Positions 39,151 to 48,471 of a stretch of DNA of 64,000 nucleotides are shown here, piece by piece. Each line of letters begins with the position of its first letter. Positions within the stretch are counted from its first letter, which is position 1. The DNA lies in contig CALSPG010000003.1 of NCBI GenBank assembly GCA_943788175.1, positions 1 to 64,000 on the forward strand, written 5' to 3'. The stretch is from an uncultured bacterium. Lineage in GTDB: Bacteria > Fidelibacterota > Marinisomatia > Marinisomatales > UBA1611. Position numbers and translations under genes: made by a program. Below the pieces are notes generated by a model, which had not been told where the DNA came from, searched no databases, and saw only the letters and a list, made by a program, of their open reading frames with translations.

Positions 39151-40499
39151 TATTGTTTTCTTAAACAGTCAGCGATTAGAAATGCTAATTCTATTGCTTG
39201 ATTTGCATTTAGTCTTGGGTCACAGTGAGTGCGGTATCGATCTTTTAAGTCTGAATCAGAAATTTTATCTAAACCACCCGTACATTCTGTTACATTTTGT
39301 CCCGTCATTTCAAGGTGGATTCCTCCTGGATGAGAGCCTTCAGCTTTATGAATCTCAATATTTGACTTTACTTCGCCTAAAATATTCTCAAACCTTCTAG
39401 TTTTTACTCCTGATTTATTTTTTATTGTATTCCCGTGCATTGGGTCACAAGACCAAATCACATTTTTGCCTTCTTTAGTTAATGTTTTGATAATTTTAGG
39501 AAGATACTGTTCAACCTTGTTATACCCAAAGCGTGTAATTAAGGTTATTTTGCCTGATTCATTTAAAGGGTTTAGCGTATCTATTATTTTTAATAGAGAC
39601 TCAGTATTGGTTTTTGGTCCACACTTTATACCAATTGGGTTCTGAATTCCTCGACAAAATTCAATATGGGCACTATCAATAAATCTAGTTCGATCGCCAA
39701 TCCACAAAAAATGTGCTGATGTATTATAAGTATCTCCCGACGTTGAATCTGATCTGGTTAGTGCTTCTTCATATGGAAGTAATAAGGCTTCATGACTGGT
39801 ATAGTATTTCACACTTCTAAGTTGAGGCGTATTGCTTGAATTAATACCTAAAGCTTCCATGAATTTTAAACTTTTCTGAATTTCCTCAGCTAAATGTCCA
39901 TATCTTTCACCTTGAGAACCGCCTTTAACAAACCCCATATTCCAAGATTGTACATGTTTTAAATCTGCATAGCCTCCGTCTGCAAAAGCTCTTAGGAGGT
40001 TCAAGGTAGATGCAGCTTGAGAGTATGCTGTTAGCATTCTATCTGGATCAGGTGCTCTTTTTATCGAATCAAATTCAATACTATTAATTATGTCGCCAGC
40101 ATAACTAGGAAAGCTTTGACCATTTATTGTTTCGAACTCACTTGATCGGGGTTTAGCAAATTGTCCAGCCATTCTACCAACTTTTATAACTGGTAGTTTA
40201 GTGCTTGATGTTAGAATAACTGCCATCTGAAGTAATACTCTAAAAGTGTCACGAATATTATCAGCATTAAATTCCGAAAAACTCTCTGCACAATCTCCAC
40301 CTTGCAATAAAAATCCATTGCCGTCACTCACTTCTGAAAGGTTCTTTTTTAAAGCGCGTACTTCGCCGGCAAAAACCAGAGGTGGAAAGCTTTTAAGTGT
40401 TTTTTCAGTAGCTCTTAATTTTTCAGCATCTCTGTACGTAGGAACGTGCTTTGCTTTAAAATCCCGCCAACTGTTTATTCTCCATTGGTTCATTTTCAA
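39150..40499 (-). CDS. class II (plant-type) DAHP synthase
   Basis: 449 aa; PPLVFAGE, LLQGGDCAE, GRMAGQFAKPRS, TSHEALLL, LWIGDRTR, CDPMHGNT, GGIHLEMTG, CDPRLN. Confidence 0.96.
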   Translation of the reverse strand: MKMNQWRINSWRDFKAKHVPTYRDAEKLRATEKTLKSFPPLVFAGEVRALKKNLSEVSDGNGFLLQGGDCAESFSEFNADNIRDTFRVLLQMAVILTSSTKLPVIKVGRMAGQFAKPRSSEFETINGQSFPSYAGDIINSIEFDSIKRAPDPDRMLTAYSQAASTLNLLRAFADGGYADLKHVQSWNMGFVKGGSQGERYGHLAEEIQKSLKFMEALGINSSNTPQLRSVKYYTSHEALLLPYEEALTRSDSTSGDTYNTSAHFLWIGDRTRFIDSAHIEFCRGIQNPIGIKCGPKTNTESLLKIIDTLNPLNESGKITLITRFGYNKVEQYLPKIIKTLTKEGKNVIWSCDPMHGNTIKNKSGVKTRRFENILGEVKSNIEIHKAEGSHPGGIHLEMTGQNVTECTGGLDKISDSDLKDRYRTHCDPRLNANQAIELAFLIADCLRKQ

Positions 40500-41218
40500 A
40501 CTCCTTCAGAGTCGTTTTTAACTTTTTCAAAAGATTCTTTTAATCTGCGTATTGTGTTTTTTGTATATGGATTGTAAGATTGCAGATCTGAATATAGTTG
40601 CCAGCTATCATTGCAGGTCTGCTCAACGAGGTTCAATAAATCTCTAAATCCTTGAGTATCTAGATTCGTTTTAGAAATACCAAATTCCTTCAGAGTTCGT
40701 CCAAGAAAATGAGTGATACCTTGAGTATTAGCTGCAAGCTTATCATGTTCTTCTGGACTCATATCTAACACATTAATATTTTGATCATTGAAGTATTTTT
40801 TCCAAAAAGGATATTGGTTTTGGCAGTCTCTCGTTCTATGCATCATCATTTTTAACTTCTGGTTGGTTAAAATAGAATCAGGGCCAAACATTGGGTGTGT
40901 TGATATTATTCCAATATTTTTAGGGAGGTGTTTTAACATTACTCTTGATGTATGAATTTTAACAGAACAAACATCAATGATGGTCCTATCACCTTCAATA
41001 ATTTTCGATATTTTTTGAATTAATTTTTCAAATTGGTGTATTGGAATAGCTACAAAAATAATCTTTTCCTCAAGTACTTTTTCTAAAGTAAGAAAGTTGA
41101 CATTTCTTGTTGAGACTCCTTCTTCAATATCATGAACTTTTAATGAAAAACCTTTTTGAAGAATATTTGCTAATACTTTACCAAATCTTCCATATCCAAT
41201 TATTCCGATAGTAGTCAT
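40496..41218 (-). CDS. tyrA: prephenate/arogenate dehydrogenase (short, plant-TyrA-like, no ACT domain)
   Basis: IGIIGYGRFG, DVCSVK, THPMFGP, EEHD..AA.TQGITH. Confidence 0.9.
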   Translation of the reverse strand: MTTIGIIGYGRFGKVLANILQKGFSLKVHDIEEGVSTRNVNFLTLEKVLEEKIIFVAIPIHQFEKLIQKISKIIEGDRTIIDVCSVKIHTSRVMLKHLPKNIGIISTHPMFGPDSILTNQKLKMMMHRTRDCQNQYPFWKKYFNDQNINVLDMSPEEHDKLAANTQGITHFLGRTLKEFGISKTNLDTQGFRDLLNLVEQTCNDSWQLYSDLQSYNPYTKNTIRRLKESFEKVKNDSEGV

Positions 41219-41787
41219 TTTAAGTCGAGCTTACAAACACCAATAAACAAGGTTAGGTTGTGTTTTAAATCATGTATACTATTTTCTAATATCTCTAAGC
41301 CATAAATGTCTGCACATGCTCTATTTGCTATTACAGCTGCCGTGTTAGGTAACTTTTTTTGGCTTAGACGACGAGCAGATTCTGCAGTGTCATCCTCTTC
41401 GATCAATGGCCTAGTCCAAAAATTTTCACTTAAATAATTTTTGCATTGTCTTAATGCTTGCCTATGAGAATGAATTTGAGTTATATCTCCAATTTTTGTA
41501 CCACTTAAACCTAACAGGTTTTGTTCGATTGGAATATGGAACATTTCAATTATTTTGGCTTTATGAAGTGCAAGAGCCTCTACGCTTTCAATAACGACAC
41601 CTCCTTGTGCATTCTCCATTGCGAATATCCCAAAATCTGTTTTTGAATTTTCAATACTATCTAAAACCGAATGAGATGATATAAGATAGTCAATCTCATA
41701 ATCATCGATGCCATGATTTGAAGCAAATTTAACTGCTGCATCTTCAGAAAAACTCCCTTTTGCTCCTTGTATACCTATTTTTTTCAT
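41215..41787 (-). CDS. pheA: prephenate dehydratase, catalytic domain only (no ACT domain)
   Basis: QGAKGSFSEDAA, ENAQGG, HSHRQALRQC, DTAESA, NLTLF; 190 aa. Confidence 0.88.
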   Translation of the reverse strand: MKKIGIQGAKGSFSEDAAVKFASNHGIDDYEIDYLISSHSVLDSIENSKTDFGIFAMENAQGGVVIESVEALALHKAKIIEMFHIPIEQNLLGLSGTKIGDITQIHSHRQALRQCKNYLSENFWTRPLIEEDDTAESARRLSQKKLPNTAAVIANRACADIYGLEILENSIHDLKHNLTLFIGVCKLDLK

Positions 41788-41819
41788 ATTATTGTATTTA
41801 ATTGTTTGGAATGATTTAT

Positions 41820-41851
41820 AAAAAAAAACCTCGAAAATTTTCGAGGTTTTT
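41820..41851 (-). terminator. intrinsic (attenuator) terminator upstream of pheA
   Basis: Perfect palindrome AAAAACCTCGAAAATTTTCGAGGTTTTT (41824-41851); on the minus strand the GC stem is followed by 9 U. Confidence 0.9.
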
Positions 41852-41880
41852 AAAATTAATTTATAACTTGTTAAGAAAAA

Positions 41881-41949
41881 TCAATAAACCTCTTGGGATC
41901 TAAAAAAATATTTAAAATAGTAACTAAATATTAAGAATGCTCTATTCAT
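41881..41949 (-). CDS. Phe/Tyr-rich attenuator leader peptide MNRAFLIFSYYFKYFFRSQEVY (22 aa)
   Basis: Translated by hand: ATG at 41949-41947, TGA at 41883-41881; 5 Phe and 4 Tyr codons; contains GAGGUUU complementary to the terminator 5' arm. Confidence 0.85.
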   Translation of the reverse strand: MNRAFLIFSYYFKYFFRSQEVY

Positions 41950-41984
41950 ACCTTAAATTTTAATAATAATATTAAGATTAACCA

Positions 41985-42263
41985 CTATTTTTTTAATTTT
42001 TGGATATCTTTTGAAATTAAAAAAATTGTTTTAAGTAATACTTCAGCGTGCTCAGGTTTAATTTTATTTTTATAGTCGTTTGATATCCGTTTAATTATAG
42101 CATTTTCTCTCGAGCCGTCATCAATAGGGATTTTATAGGTAGATTTTGATTCTCCAATCTTTTTTGATATATCAAATCTTTTAGCAAATAATTCAAAAAT
42201 TTGATTATCAATGTCATCAATTAAATTTCTTAGCCTGATAATGTTATCTATTTGTTCATTCAT
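41985..42263 (-). CDS. monofunctional chorismate mutase (AroQ/CM_2 fold)
   Basis: LRNLIDDIDNQIFELFAKR...IGESK...PIDDGSRE...IFLISKDIQ; 92 aa; next to pheA/tyrA. Confidence 0.9.
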   Translation of the reverse strand: MNEQIDNIIRLRNLIDDIDNQIFELFAKRFDISKKIGESKSTYKIPIDDGSRENAIIKRISNDYKNKIKPEHAEVLLKTIFLISKDIQKLKK

Positions 42264-42371
42264 AATGTAAAATTAGTTTTGTAGTCAAATCTAATTTACT
42301 AATTCAAAAAATAGTATGATTAATATTAAATATCTTTTTGAATTAATACTCTAACTGTAATTATATTATAT

Positions 42372-42455
42372 CTTCTCTAGGGGTGTTGTATTGTTTTACA
42401 ACTGAAATTAAACCCTTATAACTTGATCTGGATAATACCAGCGGAAGGAACGAGG
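42372..42455 (+). ncRNA. TPP (thi-box) riboswitch
   Basis: AGGGGTG-[TTGTA/TACAA hairpin]-CTGAAA...ACCCTT..AACTTGATCTGGATAATACCAGCGGAAGGAA matches the TPP aptamer layout. Confidence 0.92.
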
Positions 42456-42457
42456 CT

Positions 42458-44798
42458 ATGCGCATACTCTTTTTACTTTTTATTTTAATTCAATCACTTA
42501 CAGCTAATTCAATTCCTATTTTTGGAATTGTTAAAGATAGTTTACTCAATCGAACATTGGAGGGGGTAAACGTATTATCAGGTAGTAATGGTACTAGTAC
42601 TGATAAACAGGGCGTATTCATTATTGATGCTGAAACAGAGTATTTAACCATTAGTCATATTGGGTTTAAAACAGTTGAAATTCTTGTTAAGGATACTATT
42701 TATGTCAATTTAATTCGAGATATTATTTTATCAGATGAAATAGTTATTGTTTCTTCATTATCAGAACAGTCACTTTTTAATTCTTCATCAAGCATTGCAG
42801 TTATAGATCAAAATGATTTAAAAAATCATAATTTTGATCATTTCCAAGATGCTATAAATAGTATACCAAATTTAAATTTTGCTGGTGGCACAAGTAGACC
42901 TAGATATTTTCAAATAAGAGGCATTGGCGAAAGAAGTCAGTTTTTTGGTGAAGGTTCACCGAATCATTCTGTTAGTTATGAACTTGATGGTATTGATTTA
43001 AGTGGTATTGGAATGATTGGAGGGACTATTGATGTAAATAATATAGAAGTTGCGAGAGGCCCTCAATCAACAGTTTTTGGGAATAATTCAATAGCAGGAG
43101 CGATTAATATATCTATCTAATGAGCCTGAAAGAAAAAAAATAATCAAGCTTAACTACAAGACTGGTAATGATAATTACAAATATACCGGCATTACTGCGA
43201 ACCTTAAAGCATTAGGAAATTCATACTTTAGATTTAATTTTTACAAAAATTATCAAGATGGCTTCAGAAAAAATAAATTCCTAGGAGTTAAAAATACTAA
43301 TAAAAAAGATGAAACGTTTTTTAGGTTTAAAATGAATTTTTCAATTAATGAAAATATTCTGCTTAAAAATACATTTTTATTATCAGAAATGGATAACGGA
43401 TATGATGCTTGGGCGCCAGATAATAATAAACAATTTTTCACGTATTCAGACCAACCGGGAAGAGATTATCAAAATACTAAGGCTATCGCTTCAAAATTGA
43501 TACTGAAAAATAAAAACTATAATACGCTGCTAAGATACTCCTCTTCTTCATCTGATATAATTTATAGTTATGATGGAGATTGGGGTAATAATGCTTTCTG
43601 GGAAAATCCAAGCACATATAATTTCGATTCTTATTATTACGGTTATTATTCGCCTTATCAATATTTCGATAAAACAACCAGGGCAAAAAACAACACAACC
43701 TCAGAGCTTCGTTTTTACAATAAAAAATTATCAATTGGCGCATACTTTAAAAAATTAGAAGAAAAAGATGATGGAGAAGGTTATTTATTTGGTGGCGAAG
43801 GAAATGTTTCTAGAGCCAGCAGTGATTACAACATCGATATTAAAGCGGTTTATGCTCATTTAAATTCTGATTTGAATGACAAAATTAGCTTATCTAACAG
43901 TTTTAGGTACGAAATGAATGACGTTAATTACATTGGTAAATCATTTGGATATTCTAACGATACAATACCAACCGTTCGCTCAAATAAAGATTTTAAACTA
44001 AATGGTTTTAAAAGTAGTGTTGCCTACAAAATAGGTTCAGATTTTAAACTTTTTGCTCATGCATCATATGGCTATAAAACAGGTGGCGTTAATCAACAGC
44101 CATATGTTTCATCTCAAAACCGTATCTACAATCCAGAGTATTTAGGTAATTTTGAAATAAGTTTAAAGCATAGTACAGATAAAATTTTCACAAATATTTC
44201 TTATTTCTACAATGATAGAATAGATCAGCAAATTTCTATATCTGCTCAGCAAAATGTAAATGACCCTAATAGTTTTTATTATTTTACAGCTAATAGTAAA
44301 AATGGAGGCTTTTCAAGGGGTATTGAATTTGACTTGAATGCGCGAGTATCTGAAAAGCTATTTTTGAAAACTTCTTTTGCATATTTAGATACTTGGACAA
44401 GCAAATTTTCTTATACCGTTAATAATAATGATGTTCAATTTGGAGGCGCTCGCCAGGCAGCTATGGCACCAAAAATTACGTCGTCAGCATCAATTACTTA
44501 CAATTACAAATCAATGTCTTTTACGTTGAATCAAAGTCACAAAGGTGAATATTATTTCTCTGATAGCCACAACTTTAAATCAGAAGATTATGCTTTAACA
44601 AATATTTCTATTAATAAAATTTTAGATAACTTTAAAATTAGTGTTTGGGCAAAAAATATTTTTGATCATAAATATGCTGTAAGAGGATTTTATTTTGGCT
44701 TAATCCCGCCAAATTATGAAGACCAGCTATGGGTTAGTTATGGTGAGCCAGCACAATATGGTGTCTCACTTGATTATAATTTTAATGATTCTTTTTAA
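42458..44798 (+). CDS. TonB-dependent receptor, probably for thiamine or a precursor; one apparent frameshift near 43115 (ORFs 42458-43120 and 43332-44798)
   Basis: Signal peptide, carboxypeptidase-regulatory-like N-domain, plug motifs (QIRGIG, IEVARGPQSTVFG...GAINI), C-terminal KNIFD...YGVSLDYNF; lies under the TPP riboswitch. Confidence 0.88.
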
Positions 44799-44874
44799 TA
44801 GTTGAAAAAAATATTCTGTAATTAGTTTACTTATAGTATTATCTGTTTAATAACAACGGGGAAATGTTGCATAA

Positions 44875-46200
44875 ATGTTTGATGGAATAAGTAAAAGATT
44901 TGATACTATTTTTAGAAACCTTAGAGGTCTAGGAAAAATTACAGATCAAAATATCGACCACATTTCTAGGGAAATTAGAAAAGCATTGCTAGAAGCGGAT
45001 GTCAATTTTCTGGTTGCAAAAGAATTTGTAAATAATGTGAAAATTTCAGCACAAGGCACAAAAGTCCTTAAATCTATTAAGCCTGGCGAACAATTCATAA
45101 ATATCATTCATAAAGAAATGATAAAAACATTAGGTGAAGACTCATCTAGCATAGATTTGTCCTCGAAACTTAATTCAATAATGCTAATTGGTACTCAAGG
45201 TAGTGGAAAAACTACTACGGCTTCTAAATTAGCTTTTAGGTTTAAGAATCAAGGAAAGAAGGTATTACTGGTAGCCGCAGATACTTATCGTCCTGGTGCT
45301 GTTAATCAGTTAAAAACATTAGGTAAACAAATTAATACAGATGTGTACCATGATGATTCGAACGACCCGCTTTTGATTTGTAAGAACGCACTTAAGGAAG
45401 CGAAAACTAAGAGTGTTGATATTATAATCTACGATACTGCTGGAAGATTAAATGTTGACAGTGAGATGATGATTGAAATACAAAGTTTAAAAGAAGTATT
45501 GTCACCAAAAGAAATTTTTTATGTGGCTGATAGTATGACTGGTCAAGATATGATTTCTTCGGTAAAAACGTTTGACGAAGCGATACACCTTACAGGTGCA
45601 ATAATGACGAAATTAGATGGTGATTCTAGAGGCGGTGCAGCACTATCTTTAAGAAGCGTAACGGGTGTTCCTATAAAATTTGTTGGTGTATCAGAAAAAT
45701 ATGACGGTTTAGAAGACTTTAATGCAAAACAAATTGCGGATCGAATTCTTGGTTTTGGTGATGTCGTCTCATTAGTAGAAAGAGTAGAGAAGATTGTAAA
45801 AGAAGAAGACGTAGCGAACTTGGAAAAGAAAATATCTAATAACTCATTTAATCTTAACGATTTCCGAGCACAAATACATCAAATGAAGAAAATGGGTTCA
45901 ATGACTGAATTAATTGGTATGATTCCTGGAATTAGTCGTAAAATTAGAGGCTTGAGTTTTGATGAAAATCAACTTGTCTGGACAGAGGCTATAATTAACT
46001 CAATGACTCTAGACGAGAGAACTAAGCCTGAAATAATAAACACTAGTAGAAAAAAAAGAATTGCACTTGGTAGTGGTAGAAATGTTTTTGAAATTAACTC
46101 ATTACTCAAAAAGTTTTTAGAAATGAAAAAGATGATGAAAAAAATGAATACTAATCAGTCTAAATTTTCTACAAAGAAACTATTAAAGAGTTTTAGATAA
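44875..46200 (+). CDS. ffh: signal recognition particle protein
   Basis: ALLEADV, GTQGSGKTT, DTAGR, TKLDGDSRGGAALS, RILGFGD, Met-rich M domain. Confidence 0.97.
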   Translation: MFDGISKRFDTIFRNLRGLGKITDQNIDHISREIRKALLEADVNFLVAKEFVNNVKISAQGTKVLKSIKPGEQFINIIHKEMIKTLGEDSSSIDLSSKLNSIMLIGTQGSGKTTTASKLAFRFKNQGKKVLLVAADTYRPGAVNQLKTLGKQINTDVYHDDSNDPLLICKNALKEAKTKSVDIIIYDTAGRLNVDSEMMIEIQSLKEVLSPKEIFYVADSMTGQDMISSVKTFDEAIHLTGAIMTKLDGDSRGGAALSLRSVTGVPIKFVGVSEKYDGLEDFNAKQIADRILGFGDVVSLVERVEKIVKEEDVANLEKKISNNSFNLNDFRAQIHQMKKMGSMTELIGMIPGISRKIRGLSFDENQLVWTEAIINSMTLDERTKPEIINTSRKKRIALGSGRNVFEINSLLKKFLEMKKMMKKMNTNQSKFSTKKLLKSFR

Positions 46201-46212
46201 AAGGAGATTAAA

Positions 46213-46982
46213 TTGGCGACAAAAATTAGACTTAAACGAATAGGAAGAAGAAATAGACCTTTTTATAGGCTTATTGTAATTGACTCTAGGAAAAAACGCG
46301 ATGGCGCGGCAATAGAACAAGTTGGCTGGTATAACCCTATCTCTTCTGATAATTCATACGAAATTAATGATGAAAGAATTATTCACTGGCTTGGTGAAGG
46401 TGCAATTCCATCAGAAGCTGTTAAAAAAATAATGAGGCAAGAAGGGTTATCTCTTCGTTGGCACTTATTGCAGCAAGGTACAGACGAAAAAGAAATTGAG
46501 AAAGAGATGAAAAAGTGGGAGATGAATCGTGAAAACGTCTTGGCTGATAGGAAAGCAAAAAAATTAGAAAAACTATCTAAAAAATCAGAAGAATCTCAAG
46601 TTTCTACAGATGCTGGTTCAGAGGCAAAGGAAGTGGCTGCAAAGGAAGAACCTGTGAAGGAAGAACCTGTGAAGGAAGAACCTGTGAAGGAAGAACCTGT
46701 GAAGGAAGAACCTGTGAAGGAAGAACCTGTGAAGGAAGAACCTGCTGAAGGAAGAACCTGTGAAGGAAGAACCTGTGAAGGAAGAACCTGTGAAGGAAGA
46801 ACCTGCAAAGGAAGAACCTGTGAAGGAAGAACCTGTGAAGGAAGAACCTGTGAAGGAAGAACCTGTGAAGGAAGAACCTGCTGAAGGAAGAACCTGTGAA
46901 GGAAGAACCTGTGAAGGAAGAACCTGCGAAGGAAGAACCTGCGAAGACTCCAAAGAAGAAAGATGAATCTGAAAAGAAATAA
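46213..46982 (+). CDS. rpsP: 30S ribosomal protein S16 with long KEEPV-repeat C-terminal extension (~255 aa after removing two apparent extra bases; ORF track ends 46884)
   Basis: KIRLKRIGRRNRPFYRLIVIDSR...GWYNP; RBS AAGGAG with TTG start; the restored frame ends KTPKKKDESEKK* at 46982. Confidence 0.93.
46642..46943 (+). repeat. coding tandem repeat, 20 x 15 bp (AAGGAAGAACCTGTG = KEEPV; KEEPA variants)
   Basis: Counted directly; the units at 46732 and 46868 are 16 bp (CCTGCTG). Confidence 0.95.
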
Positions 46983-46997
46983 AAAAAGGAGTAAGTT

Positions 46998-47231
46998 ATG
47001 TTAGAATTTATAGAGATTGCTGTTAGACTTCTTGTCGATAAGCCTGATGAGGTAAAGGTTAATATAGTTGAAACTGAGCAGCGACTAATTTATGAACTAA
47101 CTGTTGGCGAAGGTGATTACGGTAAAGTAATTGGTAAGCAAGGTCGAAATATTTCTGCGCTCAGAACGATAGTATTTGCCGTTAATGCAAAGCAAGGTGG
47201 CAAAAGAGCTAGATTGGACGTCATAGATTAA
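46998..47231 (+). CDS. khpA: KH-domain RNA-binding protein
   Basis: LVDKPDEV, DYGKVIGKQGRNISALRT; located between rpsP and rimM. Confidence 0.93.
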   Translation: MLEFIEIAVRLLVDKPDEVKVNIVETEQRLIYELTVGEGDYGKVIGKQGRNISALRTIVFAVNAKQGGKRARLDVID

Positions 47232-47239
47232 AATTTGTT

Positions 47240-47746
47240 ATGTTTGATCAAAAACATGCCATAGCAAAAATTACTACATCATCTGGATTTAAAGGTGAAG
47301 TTAGATTAAGGCCTTATTCGAGATATAGTGTCGATTATATAATAAATAAATCTTTGCATATTGGTGTCAAAAATGAAGAACTATCTCATATTAAACTTGA
47401 GAGCACTATTGGTCTTGGTAAAAAAATGAGATTTAAGTTCCAAGGTGTTGATTCTCTCCATCAAGCTGATAGATTAGTAGGTAAGACCATTTACATTAAA
47501 GCAGATAAAGATGATGAAATAAATCTTATCTCTGAAAAAATAATTGGCTTTGATTTAGAAACTGAATCTGGCAGAAAAGCAGGAGTTCTTAAGGATGTTA
47601 TGTGGCTCCCTGCAAACGATGTCTATGTTGTACTTAAAGATGAAAAAGAGATACTTATTCCTATAATTAGTGAAGTGATTAAAAGATTGGATGTAGATAA
47701 TAAAAAAATTATAATTGCCGATATTGACGGTTTATTAGAATTATGA
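47240..47746 (+). CDS. rimM: ribosome maturation factor RimM
   Basis: GFKGEVR, ANDVYVV, EILIP, DGLL; synteny. Confidence 0.92.
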   Translation: MFDQKHAIAKITTSSGFKGEVRLRPYSRYSVDYIINKSLHIGVKNEELSHIKLESTIGLGKKMRFKFQGVDSLHQADRLVGKTIYIKADKDDEINLISEKIIGFDLETESGRKAGVLKDVMWLPANDVYVVLKDEKEILIPIISEVIKRLDVDNKKIIIADIDGLLEL

Positions 47747-48471
47747 AAATAACTGTCATTACTTCGGCCCCTAAGATGATAAAAAGTTGCATCGATTCAA
47801 CTATACTTCGAAAGGCAGTTAGTGGAGAGCATGTTGACTTTCATTTAATTGATATAAGAGACTTCGCTGATAATGATTATAAACAAATAGATGATACGCC
47901 TTTCGGTGGAGGCGATGGTATGGTTTTGATGGCGGAACCTCTAATGCGATCAATTGAACATTCATTTGATTTGATGTCATCATCTATTGAAAATACAAAT
48001 ATAGTTTATCCAACTCCTCATGGCAGGCAGTGGAATCAAGAGCAAGCTGAAAAGAACGTTAATATCAAAAATTTTATTTTTATATGTGGTCGATATAAGG
48101 GTGTCGATCAGAGAGTTATTGATAAATATGTCACTCATGAATATTCCATTGGTGATTATATTGTCTCGAATGGTGAACTAAGTAGCATGGTTATAATTGA
48201 TAGTATAATCAGGCTCAGTCCGGGGACATTAAATAATATTAATTCTGCTAGAACTGATAGCTTCTCAAATGAGCTTTTAGATTATCCACATTATACAAAG
48301 CCAAGAACAGTTGAAGGCTTAACTGTACCGGGTGTCCTTCTTGAAGGGCATCATGAGAAAATAAAACTTTGGAGAAAAAATAAATCCGAGGTTCTTACAA
48401 AACAAAAACGTCCAGACATCTGGGAAAAATATAATAAATCAATTAAACATATGGAGTTCAATCATGAATAA
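47743..48471 (+). CDS. trmD: tRNA (guanine37-N1)-methyltransferase
   Basis: [43 protein letters not shown]. Confidence 0.96.
   Translation: MKITVITSAPKMIKSCIDSTILRKAVSGEHVDFHLIDIRDFADNDYKQIDDTPFGGGDGMVLMAEPLMRSIEHSFDLMSSSIENTNIVYPTPHGRQWNQEQAEKNVNIKNFIFICGRYKGVDQRVIDKYVTHEYSIGDYIVSNGELSSMVIIDSIIRLSPGTLNNINSARTDSFSNELLDYPHYTKPRTVEGLTVPGVLLEGHHEKIKLWRKNKSEVLTKQKRPDIWEKYNKSIKHMEFNHE

Noticed and set aside
46596-46966. Cys-rich EGRTC repeat peptide and antisense GSSFT/QVLPS/HRFFL ORFs
   Set aside because: Alternative frames of the KEEPV array created by two extra bases; not a metallothionein or RiPP precursor.
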